Assembly (NCBI GenBank): GCA_038214475.1
Contig: JBBQRV010000001.1
Span: 1-58,057 of the forward strand
Reading direction: 5' to 3'
Length of the DNA stretch: 58,057 nt
DNA from: Propionibacteriales bacterium
Lineage (GTDB): Bacteria; Actinomycetota; Actinomycetes; Propionibacteriales; Nocardioidaceae
Shown: positions 17,812-26,274 of the stretch, one piece after another
Position numbering within the stretch: position 1 is the stretch's first letter
How the letters are laid out: every line of letters begins with the position of its first letter
Position numbers and translations under genes: made by a program
Notes under the pieces: generated by a model
The model's input: only the letters and a program-made list of their open reading frames with translations
Databases searched by the model: none
Told to the model about the DNA's origin: nothing

Positions 17812-18731
17812 GCGGCTGGTCACTGGCCGACATGCCCGACCAGTCGGGCCGCACCGTGATGGTCACCGGGGCCACCGGGGGCCTGGGGCAGCGGGTGGCG
17901 CTCGAGTTCGCCCGACGTGGGGCGGTCGTGGTGCTGGCCGGCCGCAACGACTCGAAGCTCCGCGACACCACCACGGCGCTGCGCGCCCAGGTGCCCGACG
18001 CGCTCCTCGAGCAGTTGGTCATGGACCTCTCCGACCTCGACAAGGTACGCCGGGCCGCCGAGTCGGTGACCGGGCGTGGCCCGCTGCACGTGCTGGTCAA
18101 CAACGCGGGTGTGATGGCCACCGCACCGCAGCGCACGGTCGACGGCCTCGACCTGCAGCTGGCCACCAACCACTTCGGGCCGTTCCTGCTCACCGGCCTG
18201 CTGCTCCCCCGGCTGGTCGCGTCCGGTGCCGGACGGGTGGTCACGGTGTCGTCCAACGCGCACCTGATCGCACGCTCCGCGCCGCTCTCCGACCCACGCC
18301 AGCCACTCGGCCGGCACCGGCGCTGGCGCACGTACGGCCAGAGCAAGCTCGCCAACCTGCTGTTCAGCTACGAGCTCGAGCGCCGGCTCCGGGTGCGCGC
18401 ACTGCCGGTGGAGTCGCTCGCCGCGCACCCCGGGTACGCCGCGACCCCCCTGCTCGCCACCGGCCGCACCGGTCGCTCCAGCGGCGGCGCGGCCTCGATC
18501 CTCAACGCCGCGGTGAGGGCCACCGCACAGTCCCCTGCGATGGGCGCCCTGCCGATCCTGATGGCGGCCACCGCCGAGCTGCCCGGGGGCAGCTACTGCG
18601 GTCCGCTGGGCCTGCAGCAGCTGCGCGGCCTGCCCGGGGTGGTGGGCAGCAACGCCCTCTCCCACGACCAGGACGCGCAGCTGCGGCTGTGGCAGCTCAG
18701 CGAGGAGACCGTCGGCCTGCGGTATCCGTGA
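17808..18731 (+). CDS. Short-chain dehydrogenase/reductase (retinol-DH/WWOX-like subgroup)
   Basis: MPDQSGRTVMVTGATGGLG, VLVNNAGVM, TNHFGPF, YGQSKLANLLF, AAHPG. Confidence 0.92.
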   Translation: MSGWSLADMPDQSGRTVMVTGATGGLGQRVALEFARRGAVVVLAGRNDSKLRDTTTALRAQVPDALLEQLVMDLSDLDKVRRAAESVTGRGPLHVLVNNAGVMATAPQRTVDGLDLQLATNHFGPFLLTGLLLPRLVASGAGRVVTVSSNAHLIARSAPLSDPRQPLGRHRRWRTYGQSKLANLLFSYELERRLRVRALPVESLAAHPGYAATPLLATGRTGRSSGGAASILNAAVRATAQSPAMGALPILMAATAELPGGSYCGPLGLQQLRGLPGVVGSNALSHDQDAQLRLWQLSEETVGLRYP

Positions 18732-18734
18732 GGC

Positions 18735-19229
18735 TCACCCGACCGGAGCCGCCAGGTCCACCTGGCGCACCACCTCGATGCCGACCCGCTGGAGCGCGAT
18801 GTAGGGCATCGTCGCCAGCAGGCCGGTCGGTGCCACTGCCAGGGCCAGCGGCCGGCTGTCGTAGCGGCCCTGCACGAAGTCGGCCGGTGTGACGTAGCCG
18901 TGCCGGTGCGAGACCGACCAGAGGCGGGGCAGGAACAGGAAGATCAGTGGGTAGACCACGATCGTGTAGGGCACCGCGAAGAAGCCGACCACGCTCCCGG
19001 CGTGCAGGGTCGCGGGCACCGCGATGAACGTGCACGCCGTGTAGAGGTCGCCGCCGATGAGGAACCAGGCGATGAACGTGCCGAAGCTGCGCCCACCCAG
19101 ACCCCACTCGTCGAGGTGCTCGAGGTCGGCGGCCCGGCGCCAGCGGGCGGCTGCGAAGCCGAGGTCGCTGACCAGCAGGAACAGGAAGACGAAGATGCCG
19201 ACGGCGACGCCGTCCAGGTGCTCCTTCAC
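18735..19229 (-). pseudogene. mctP: 3'-truncated MctP-like sodium:solute symporter
   Basis: LDEWGLGGRSFGTFIAWFLIGGDLYTA, GYVTPADFV and ATMPYIALQ match the MctP N-terminus, but the ORF stops at 164 aa. Confidence 0.75.
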
Positions 19230-19498
19230 CGCTCGCCTCCCCGCTCGTCGCGGGCAGCGCGGTCACGCCGGTCGGCCAGCCGCGAGAGCTGGAACGCGGT
19301 GACAGTCAGCACCGCCGACATCACGATCAGCGCGAACTGGAACCAGAAGTAGAACGGGGACCCGAACAGGGTCGGGTCGCTCTTGTCGTAGAGCGGGACC
19401 ACCAGCGGTACGACGACCGCCGGAGCCAGCAGGAACAGGATGAGGACCCACAGTCCCCGAGAAGAACCGCCGTGCGGCGGGCGTGACTGAGTCGCCAT
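19226..19498 (-). CDS. DUF3311 small membrane protein (MctP partner)
   Basis: VPLYDKSDPTLFGSPFYFWFQF; GTGA overlap with the mctP start. Confidence 0.85.
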   Translation of the reverse strand: MATQSRPPHGGSSRGLWVLILFLLAPAVVVPLVVPLYDKSDPTLFGSPFYFWFQFALIVMSAVLTVTAFQLSRLADRRDRAARDERGGER

Positions 19499-19548
19499 GG
19501 TGCACACCTCAGAGTTAGATACGCAGAGGTGGCCTCGTCACTGCCGGA

Positions 19549-20031
19549 TCAGCGGGCCAGCGCGGCCTCGATGTCCGGGGTGAGGCTCTCGGGCTTGGTG
19601 GTCGGCGAGAAGCGCTTGATCACCTGTCCGTCACGGCCCACCAGGAACTTCGTGAAGTTCCACTTGATCTTGGTGCCGAGCAGGCCGCCCTTCTCCGCGC
19701 GCAGCCACTCGAACAGCGGATGCGCGTCGGGGCCGTTGACGTCGACCTTCTCGAACATCGGGAAGGTCACGCCGTAGTTCTTCTGGCAGAAGGCCCCGAT
19801 CTCGTCGGCAGAACCGGGCTCCTGGTTTCCGAACTGGTTGCACGGGAAGCCGATCACCGTCAGGCCCTGGTCGCGGTAGGTCTGCCAGAGCTGCTCGAGG
19901 CCCTCGTACTGCGGGGTGAAACCGCACTGGGAGGCGGTGTTGACGACGAGGACGACCTGGCCGGCGTACTCGCCGAGGGGCAGCTCGTCACCGGTCAGGG
20001 TGTGCGCGGTGAAGTCGGTCAGGGCGGACAC
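19549..20031 (-). CDS. Glutathione peroxidase family (Cys-type, likely Trx-dependent)
   Basis: VNTASQCGFTPQY, GFPCNQFGNQEPG, IKWNFTKFLV. Confidence 0.95.
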   Translation of the reverse strand: MSALTDFTAHTLTGDELPLGEYAGQVVLVVNTASQCGFTPQYEGLEQLWQTYRDQGLTVIGFPCNQFGNQEPGSADEIGAFCQKNYGVTFPMFEKVDVNGPDAHPLFEWLRAEKGGLLGTKIKWNFTKFLVGRDGQVIKRFSPTTKPESLTPDIEAALAR

Positions 20032-20112
20032 GTGGATCTCCTCGGCTGGGCGGAACCTCAAGGCTATTCGGTGCCAGTCCCGATCCGGATGGGGCCACCC
20101 GCCGAGCCGCGG

Positions 20113-20376
20113 TCAGGCCAGGGAGAGGAAGAGCTTCTCCATCTTCTTCACGTCCACGCTGTCCATGCCGTCGCCGGCGCTGAGGCACTGCTGGAGGCCG
20201 GTGGCCACGATCGCGAAGCCGGCCCGGTCGAGCGCACGGGACACCGCGGCGAGCTGGGTGACGACGTCCTCGCACTCCCGGCCCTCCTCCAGCATCCGCA
20301 GCACGCCGGCAAGCTGGCCCTGGGCCCGCTTGATCCGGTTGATCACCGGGTTCATGTCCTCGGGGTCGAGCTCCAT
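20113..20376 (-). CDS. CsoR/RcnR-family repressor, CstR-like (persulfide-sensing type)
   Basis: INRIKRAQGQLAGVLRMLEEGRECEDVVTQLAAV...GLQQC: two Cys, and no His four residues before the second Cys. Confidence 0.88.
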   Translation of the reverse strand: MELDPEDMNPVINRIKRAQGQLAGVLRMLEEGRECEDVVTQLAAVSRALDRAGFAIVATGLQQCLSAGDGMDSVDVKKMEKLFLSLA

Positions 20377-20377
20377 G

Positions 20378-20773
20378 TCAGTTCTCCTCGTCGAGTGCGC
20401 GCAGCACGGCCAGCAGCCGCTGCTTGGCTTCGGCGGCGACGTCGCTGAGCGCGTCACCCGCCAGGGCGGTCATGGCATCGGGGTCGAAGGCCTCGACGAC
20501 GGTGGTGTGCTCGTCGAGCGAGCGCACGACCACGTTGCAGGGCAGCATGGTCGCCACGGACGGGTCGACCAGCACCGCCTGGTGGGCCAGCGGGGGGCGG
20601 CAGGCGCCGAGGATGACCTGCGGGGCGACGTCGACGTCGAGCTTGGCCTTGAGCGTGGCCCGCAGGTCGATCTCGGTCAGCACCCCGAAGCCCTGGTCGG
20701 CGAGGGCGGCCCGAGTGGCCGCGACCGTGGCGTCGTACGGCTGCGAGAGCGTGGTGCTGAGCGTGTAGTCCAT
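20378..20773 (-). CDS. DUF302 domain protein
   Basis: GFGVLTEIDL..TLKAKL, ILGACRP, MLPCNVVV. Confidence 0.92.
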   Translation of the reverse strand: MDYTLSTTLSQPYDATVAATRAALADQGFGVLTEIDLRATLKAKLDVDVAPQVILGACRPPLAHQAVLVDPSVATMLPCNVVVRSLDEHTTVVEAFDPDAMTALAGDALSDVAAEAKQRLLAVLRALDEEN

Positions 20774-21165
20774 CAGGCGGTCCGCCGGGGGTCGTCGCCC
20801 GCGGCCTCGGGCGCCGAGTCGGCAGCGGCGGGCTCGAGCTCGAGCTCGAGCTTGCGCACCGCGTCGATGACCTGCTCCAGGGCGGGGCCGGGGAGCGCGC
20901 CGGGCTTGGAGAACACCAGGGTGCCGCCCTTGAACGCCATCAGCGTGGGGATCGAGGTGATCCGAGCGGCCGCGGCGAGCTCACGCTCGGCCTCGGTGTC
21001 GACCTTGCCGAATACCAGGTCGGGGTGCGTCTCGGAGGCGCGCTCGTAGACGGGGGCGAACTGCCGGCACGGGCCGCACCAGGAGGCCCAGAAGTCGACG
21101 ATCACGATGTCGTTCTCGGCGAGGGTGGCCTCGAAGTTTGCGGCGCCGAGTGCGGTGGTGGCCAT
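20773..21165 (-). CDS. trxA: Thioredoxin
   Basis: VDFWASWCGPCRQFAP, SIPTL; AAGGA RBS. Confidence 0.9.
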   Translation of the reverse strand: MATTALGAANFEATLAENDIVIVDFWASWCGPCRQFAPVYERASETHPDLVFGKVDTEAERELAAAARITSIPTLMAFKGGTLVFSKPGALPGPALEQVIDAVRKLELELEPAAADSAPEAAGDDPRRTA

Positions 21166-21190
21166 GGTGGCACGTCCTTTCCAGTTGACT

Positions 21191-21245
21191 TTGACAATAC
21201 CCCAGGGGGTGTTAGTGTCTCCACCATACATACCCCGGGGGGTAT
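21191..21245. promoter_or_regulatory. Divergent promoter with two CsoR/CstR-type operators
   Basis: ATACCCCAGGGGGTGT (21197-21212) fills the spacer of TTGACA(21191)-N16-TAGTGT(21213). Second site ATACCCCGGGGGGTAT at 21230-21245. Confidence 0.85.
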
Positions 21246-21285
21246 CCACAAACGGGTGGAGGCCGCCACCTACGGAGAGGACGAC

Positions 21286-21609
21286 ATGCGCGAGATCGAC
21301 GTGGCACAGCTCGAGCAGGCGCTCGCCGAGGGCGCCCAGCTGGTGGACGTGCGTGAGCCCCGAGAGTACGCCCAGGCCCACGCCCCGGGCGCGGTGCTGA
21401 TCCCGATGGGCCAGCTCCCCGGCCGACTCCAGGAGCTCGACCGGGCCCGCCCCGTGCACCTCATCTGCGCCTCCGGCAACCGCAGCGGCGTGATGGCCGA
21501 GGTGCTCGTCGCCGCCGGGCACGACGCCGTCAACGTCGTCGGCGGGACCGGCGCCTGGCTGCGCTCGGGCCGCCCCGTCCACAGCGGCCTCGCGGAGGTC
21601 GCGCGATGA
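21286..21609 (+). CDS. Single-domain rhodanese (sulfurtransferase)
   Basis: LVDVREPREY..AHAPGA, ICASGNRS, NVVGGTGAW; GGAGAGGA RBS. Confidence 0.92.
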   Translation: MREIDVAQLEQALAEGAQLVDVREPREYAQAHAPGAVLIPMGQLPGRLQELDRARPVHLICASGNRSGVMAEVLVAAGHDAVNVVGGTGAWLRSGRPVHSGLAEVAR

Positions 21610-22991
21610 CCGGGTTCACCGTGCTCACCCTCGACACCCCCACGCTGGGCGACCGCAGCTACCTCGTGCACGACGGTGAGGTGGCGTTCGTGGTCGACCC
21701 GCAGCGCGACATCGACCGGGTGCTGGCCCTGCTCGACGAGCACGGCGTCCGGCTCACCGACGTGTTCGAGACCCACATCCACAACGACTACCTCACCGGT
21801 GGGCTGGCTCTCGCGGGACACACCGGAGGGACGTACCACGTCAACGCGGCCGACCAGGTCGCCTTCGAGCGGCACCCCCTCAACGACGGCGACGTCGTGG
21901 CGGTCGGGCCGCGGATGCGGGTCACCGCGCTGGCGACGCCGGGGCACACGTTCACGCACCTTTCCTACGCGCTCGCCGACGCGGACGCGGGCCTCGACGG
22001 CTCCGTCGGGGTGTTCTCCGGCGGCTCCCTGCTCTACGGCGCCACCGGCCGGCCGGACCTGCTCGGCCCCGACCACACCGATGCGCTGGTGCACCACCAG
22101 CACGCGTCGGCGCACCGGTTGGCCGACCTGCTTCCCGACGGTGCCGGCGTCTTCCCCACGCACGGCTTCGGTTCGTTCTGCTCGGCCACCCAGTCCGACG
22201 CGACCGAGTCGACGATCGGGCGCGAGAAGCAGATGAACCCGGTGCTCACCCTCGACGAGCAGACCTGGATCGACGAGCTCCTCGCCGGCCTGGACGCCTG
22301 GCCCGCCTACTACGCGCACATGGGCCCCGGGAACTCGGCCGGCCCGTCGGCTCCCGACCTGAGCCTGCCCTCGCTCGCCGACGCCGCCGAGCTGCGGCGC
22401 CGGATCGAGGCCGGCGAGTGGGTGGTGGACCTGCGCAACCGCACCGCCTTCGCCGCCGGTCACGCACCGGGCACCCTGAACTTCGGCATCGACGGACAGT
22501 TCGCCACCTACCTCGGCTGGCTGATCCCCTGGGGCACGCCGGTGACGCTCCTCGGCGAGAGCGTCGACGACGTGGCCACCGCTCAACGTGAGCTGGTCCG
22601 GATCGGCATCGACCGCCCGGCCGCGCACGCCACCGGCAAGCCCGAGGACTGGTCCGACCGGGAGCTCGCGAGCTTCCCCACGGCCACCTTCGCCGACCTG
22701 GCCCAGGTGCGTCACCACCGGACGGTCGCGATCCTCGACGTCCGCCGCACCCACGAGTTCGCGGAGGCCCGGATCGACGGCGCCCTCAACATCCCCATGC
22801 ACGAGCTGCTCGACCGCATCGACGAGGTGCCCGCCGGGGAGGTCTGGGTGCACTGCGCCGCGGGCTACCGCGCGTCGGTGGCCGCCTCGATGCTGGACGC
22901 CTCCGGACGTCGACCGGTCGCGGTCGACGACTCCTTCGACAACGCCCGCGCGGTGGGCCTGCACCTGGTGGGCACCGAGGCCGCGGCGTGA
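21606..22991 (+). CDS. MBL-fold persulfide dioxygenase-rhodanese fusion (CstB-like)
   Basis: ETHIHNDY, TPGHT, GRPDL, PTHGFGSFC; two rhodanese domains, the C-terminal one with CAAGYRA. Confidence 0.9.
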   Translation: MTGFTVLTLDTPTLGDRSYLVHDGEVAFVVDPQRDIDRVLALLDEHGVRLTDVFETHIHNDYLTGGLALAGHTGGTYHVNAADQVAFERHPLNDGDVVAVGPRMRVTALATPGHTFTHLSYALADADAGLDGSVGVFSGGSLLYGATGRPDLLGPDHTDALVHHQHASAHRLADLLPDGAGVFPTHGFGSFCSATQSDATESTIGREKQMNPVLTLDEQTWIDELLAGLDAWPAYYAHMGPGNSAGPSAPDLSLPSLADAAELRRRIEAGEWVVDLRNRTAFAAGHAPGTLNFGIDGQFATYLGWLIPWGTPVTLLGESVDDVATAQRELVRIGIDRPAAHATGKPEDWSDRELASFPTATFADLAQVRHHRTVAILDVRRTHEFAEARIDGALNIPMHELLDRIDEVPAGEVWVHCAAGYRASVAASMLDASGRRPVAVDDSFDNARAVGLHLVGTEAAA

Positions 22992-23803
22992 CCCTCGCCC
23001 TCGTCGCCGTCGTCGCCGGCGCCCTGATCGGCCTGAGCCTGGGCGCGCTCGGTGGCGGCGGCTCGATCCTCGCCGTGCCGGTACTGGTCTACGCACTCGG
23101 CCAGTCGCCGGTGCAGGCGACCACCGGTTCGCTGGTGGTCGTGGGCGTGACCGCGATGATCGGCGCGCTCACGGCCTGGCGGTCCGGCAACGTGCTGCCC
23201 AGCCGGGGCGTGCTCTTCGGCGTGGTCGCCATCGGAGGAGCCGCGGCGGGAGCCAAGGCCTCTGCGCACGTCTCCGACGCCGTGCTGCTCGGTTGCTTCG
23301 CGGTGCTGATGCTCGTCGTCGGGGGACTGATGGCGGTCCGCCAGCTGCGCCCCGGGCGCAGCGCGAGCGAGCCCACGGGGTTCGACGCACCGATCCTCAC
23401 CTTCAGCCCCACCTTCGCCTGCCAGTGCCCGCGCGCCCTCAAGGTGCTGGTCACTGCCACCGCGGTCGGGCTGCTGACCGGCTTCCTGGGCGTCGGCGGG
23501 GGCTTCCTCGTCGTCCCGGCGCTGGTGCTGGCCCTCGGCCTCCCCATGCGCTACGCCGCAGGCACCTCGCTGGTCGTCATCACGCTCACCAGCGCGGCCG
23601 CCCTGGCCGTGCGCGCGGGCACCGGGCTGCACCCCGACTGGACGCTCGTGCTCGTGCTCACCCTCTCCTCCGCGGTCGGCGGCTTCGCCGGCGCCCGGAT
23701 CGCTGCCCGGATCGACACCCGGCGCCTCGCCGGCGTCTTCACCGCCCTGGTACTGGCGGTGGCGGTCTACACCGCCTCCCAGGCCCTCCCCGCCCTGCTC
23801 TGA
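22988..23803 (+). CDS. TauE/SafE sulfite exporter
   Basis: LGALGGGGSILAVPVL and GFLGVGGGFLVVPAL repeats, AAGTSL. Confidence 0.93.
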   Translation: MTLALVAVVAGALIGLSLGALGGGGSILAVPVLVYALGQSPVQATTGSLVVVGVTAMIGALTAWRSGNVLPSRGVLFGVVAIGGAAAGAKASAHVSDAVLLGCFAVLMLVVGGLMAVRQLRPGRSASEPTGFDAPILTFSPTFACQCPRALKVLVTATAVGLLTGFLGVGGGFLVVPALVLALGLPMRYAAGTSLVVITLTSAAALAVRAGTGLHPDWTLVLVLTLSSAVGGFAGARIAARIDTRRLAGVFTALVLAVAVYTASQALPALL

Positions 23804-23846
23804 CCCTCCGCTGCCTCATCCACCGAAATACAGGAAGAGATCACCC

Positions 23847-26018
23847 ATGACGTCGACGGCCAGCCCGCCGCGCCCGCTCCCGACCACCCCCGGCACCCAC
23901 GTGGTGCCCCGACCCGGACCGCTCGGCCGCCTCGGCGTCTGGGTGGTCGACCACGCCCGACTCACCACCGTGCTCTGGCTTCTCGCGATCGTCACCCTGG
24001 GCGCCTTCGCACCCCGCGTCGAGTCGGAGCTCTCCGGCGCCGGCTGGCAGGCCGACGGTTCCGAGTCGGTGGCCGTGCGCGAGCTGGCCCAGGCCCACTT
24101 CGGCGGCAACGCGAGCACCGCGATCCAGGTCGTCGTGCGCAGCGAATCCGGCCCCGTCACCGAAGGTGCCGGCGGAATCGTCCTGGCCGAGGCGACCCGG
24201 ATCCTCGGGGCCGATGCCCGCATCGGCGGGGTGATCCAGCCCCAGCCCGGCGTCACGATCAGCCAGGACGGTCGCACCGCGGTGCTCCTCGCCGGAGCCG
24301 ACGCCGACCCCAACGACATGGTGCGCGCCGCCGACGACCTCAAGGGCCCGCTCCAGGACCTGTCCACCGACGGCGTCACGGTGAACCCCACCGGCGCCTC
24401 GCTGCTGTGGTCGGACTTCAACACCGCCAACCTCGACGCCATGCTCACCTCGGAGATGTTCTCCTGGCCGGTGACCCTGGCCTTCCTGGTGCTGGCCTTC
24501 GGCGCTCTCGTGGCCGCCGGGCTCCCGCTGATCCTCACCCTGGCCGGACTGGTCGCCTCGGCGGGCTCCCTGGTGCTGGTCAACCAGTTCGTGCCCGTGT
24601 CGATCTGGGCGATGAACTTCGCGATGATGTTCGCCCTGGCGCTGGGCATCGACTACGCCCTGTTCCTGGTGGTGCGCTTCCGGGCCGCCCGGATGGGCCA
24701 CGACCGACCGGTCCGCGACGCCATCGCGGAGACGATGGACACCGCCGGCAAGGCGGTGCTGCTCTCGGGTGCCACCGTGCTGGTGTCGCTGTCGGCCGTG
24801 ATGCTGGTGCCGTCGCCCGCCTTCCGCTCGATGGCCGGCGGCATCATGCTCGCCGTCGTCTTCGTGCTGGCCGCCACCCTCACCCTCCTGCCGGTCGTGC
24901 TGGCCAAGCTCGACCTGCGCATCAACAAGCTGTCACTGCCGTGGGTGCACACGGGCGAGCACCGCTCGGCCCGCTTCGCGGCCTGGGGTGAGCGCCTGTG
25001 GGCCCGCCCGTTCGCGTGGGGGCTCGCCTCCCTGGTGGTGCTCCTCGCCCTGGCCGCCCCGATCGTCGGGCTGCGCACCTCGATGCCCTCGATCAAGGTT
25101 CTCCCCGAGAGCGCCAGTGCCCGGATCGGCTACGACCAGGTGCAGCAGGCCTTCGGTCCCGGAGCCCCGGGCACCCTGCAGATCGTGGTTCCGCACGCCC
25201 AGACCGCCACCGCCCTCGAGGTGCTCGGCGCCGACGCCGGCATCGCCGGGGCCACCCCGCCGCAGCCGGCGGCCGACGACAGCGGGCTGGACCTCATCTC
25301 CGCCGTCCCGACCGTCGACCCGTCCGACCCCGGGCTGGGTGAGACCGTGCAACGGCTGCGGGCCGACCTGCCCGACGCCGCCCAGGTGGGCGGCGCCGCG
25401 GTGGAGAACCTGGACCTCAAGTCCCAGCTCGACGAGTCCACACCGCTGGTGATCGGGGTGGTGCTGGCCCTGGGCTTCGTGCTGCTCCTGATCGCGCTCC
25501 AGGCACCACTGATCGCGCTGCTGGGCACCCTGGCCAGCCTGCTGTCCACGGCGGCCGCGTTCGGCGTGGCCCGACTCGTCTTCCAGGACGGGATCGGCTC
25601 GGGGCTGTTCGGCTTCGAGCACCAGGGCTTCCTCGACGCCTGGGCACCGGTGTTCTTCTTCGCGATGATCTTCGCCATCGCGATGGACTACACGGTGTTC
25701 CTGCTGGCCTCGGCCAAGGAGCACTACGAGAGCTCCGGTGACCCCAAGGACGCCATGGTCGGCTCCCTGGCCCACTCCGGGCGGGTGATCTTCGCGGCCG
25801 GCGCCGTCATGGTCGCGGTGTTCTTCACCTTCGCGCTCTCCGGGCCGCTCCCACCCAAGGAGATGGGCATCGTGCTGGGCGTCGCCGTCCTGCTCGACGC
25901 CTTCCTGGTCCGCCTGGTGCTGCTCCCGGTGCTGCTCCGCCTCACCGGCCGCGCCGCCTGGTGGTCACCCGCCTGGCTGACCCGGATCCTCCCGGACATC
26001 CACTTCTCACACAGCTGA
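23847..26018 (+). CDS. MMPL (RND) family transporter
   Basis: ALGIDYALFLVVRFR, TAGKAVLLSG, AIAMDYTVFL, GRVIFAAG; two TM bundles. Confidence 0.93.
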   Translation: MTSTASPPRPLPTTPGTHVVPRPGPLGRLGVWVVDHARLTTVLWLLAIVTLGAFAPRVESELSGAGWQADGSESVAVRELAQAHFGGNASTAIQVVVRSESGPVTEGAGGIVLAEATRILGADARIGGVIQPQPGVTISQDGRTAVLLAGADADPNDMVRAADDLKGPLQDLSTDGVTVNPTGASLLWSDFNTANLDAMLTSEMFSWPVTLAFLVLAFGALVAAGLPLILTLAGLVASAGSLVLVNQFVPVSIWAMNFAMMFALALGIDYALFLVVRFRAARMGHDRPVRDAIAETMDTAGKAVLLSGATVLVSLSAVMLVPSPAFRSMAGGIMLAVVFVLAATLTLLPVVLAKLDLRINKLSLPWVHTGEHRSARFAAWGERLWARPFAWGLASLVVLLALAAPIVGLRTSMPSIKVLPESASARIGYDQVQQAFGPGAPGTLQIVVPHAQTATALEVLGADAGIAGATPPQPAADDSGLDLISAVPTVDPSDPGLGETVQRLRADLPDAAQVGGAAVENLDLKSQLDESTPLVIGVVLALGFVLLLIALQAPLIALLGTLASLLSTAAAFGVARLVFQDGIGSGLFGFEHQGFLDAWAPVFFFAMIFAIAMDYTVFLLASAKEHYESSGDPKDAMVGSLAHSGRVIFAAGAVMVAVFFTFALSGPLPPKEMGIVLGVAVLLDAFLVRLVLLPVLLRLTGRAAWWSPAWLTRILPDIHFSHS

Positions 26019-26045
26019 ACCCATCCCTGAAGGAGAATCACCACC

Positions 26046-26213
26046 ATGTGTCGAGCCATCAACTGCCGCCAGTGCGGCAAGACCACGTGGGCCGGTTGCG
26101 GCCAGCACGTCAACCAGGTCCTCGGCGGCGTGCCCAAGACCCAGCGGTGTGCGGGTCACCCGAAGGCCGAGCGCTCCGGCGGCGGCTGGCTGGACAGGTT
26201 CCTCGGGCGCTGA
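26046..26213 (+). CDS. 55-aa Cys/His-rich microprotein (not in the ORF track)
   Basis: AAGGAGA RBS. Translation MCRAINCRQCGKTTWAGCGQHVNQVLGGVPKTQRCAGHPKAERSGGGWLDRFLGR. GC3-biased codons; followed by a hairpin. Confidence 0.85.
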   Translation: MCRAINCRQCGKTTWAGCGQHVNQVLGGVPKTQRCAGHPKAERSGGGWLDRFLGR

Positions 26214-26231
26214 CATCCGCTCAGCACGCCC

Positions 26232-26274
26232 GGTGTGGTCCCGCCGTCACTCCACGTGGCGGCGGGACTGCACC
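26232..26274 (+). terminator. 19-bp hairpin ending the sulfur operon
   Basis: GGTGTGGTCCCGCCGTCAC-TCCAC-GTGGCGGCGGGACTGCACC; all three mismatches are G-U on the + strand. Confidence 0.6.

Noticed and set aside
19549-20031. Selenocysteine glutathione peroxidase
   Set aside because: The active-site codon is TGC (Cys); no in-frame TGA.
20113-20376. Copper-sensing CsoR regulon
   Set aside because: Lacks the His ligand before the second Cys; no copA/copZ nearby; the neighbours are sulfur genes.
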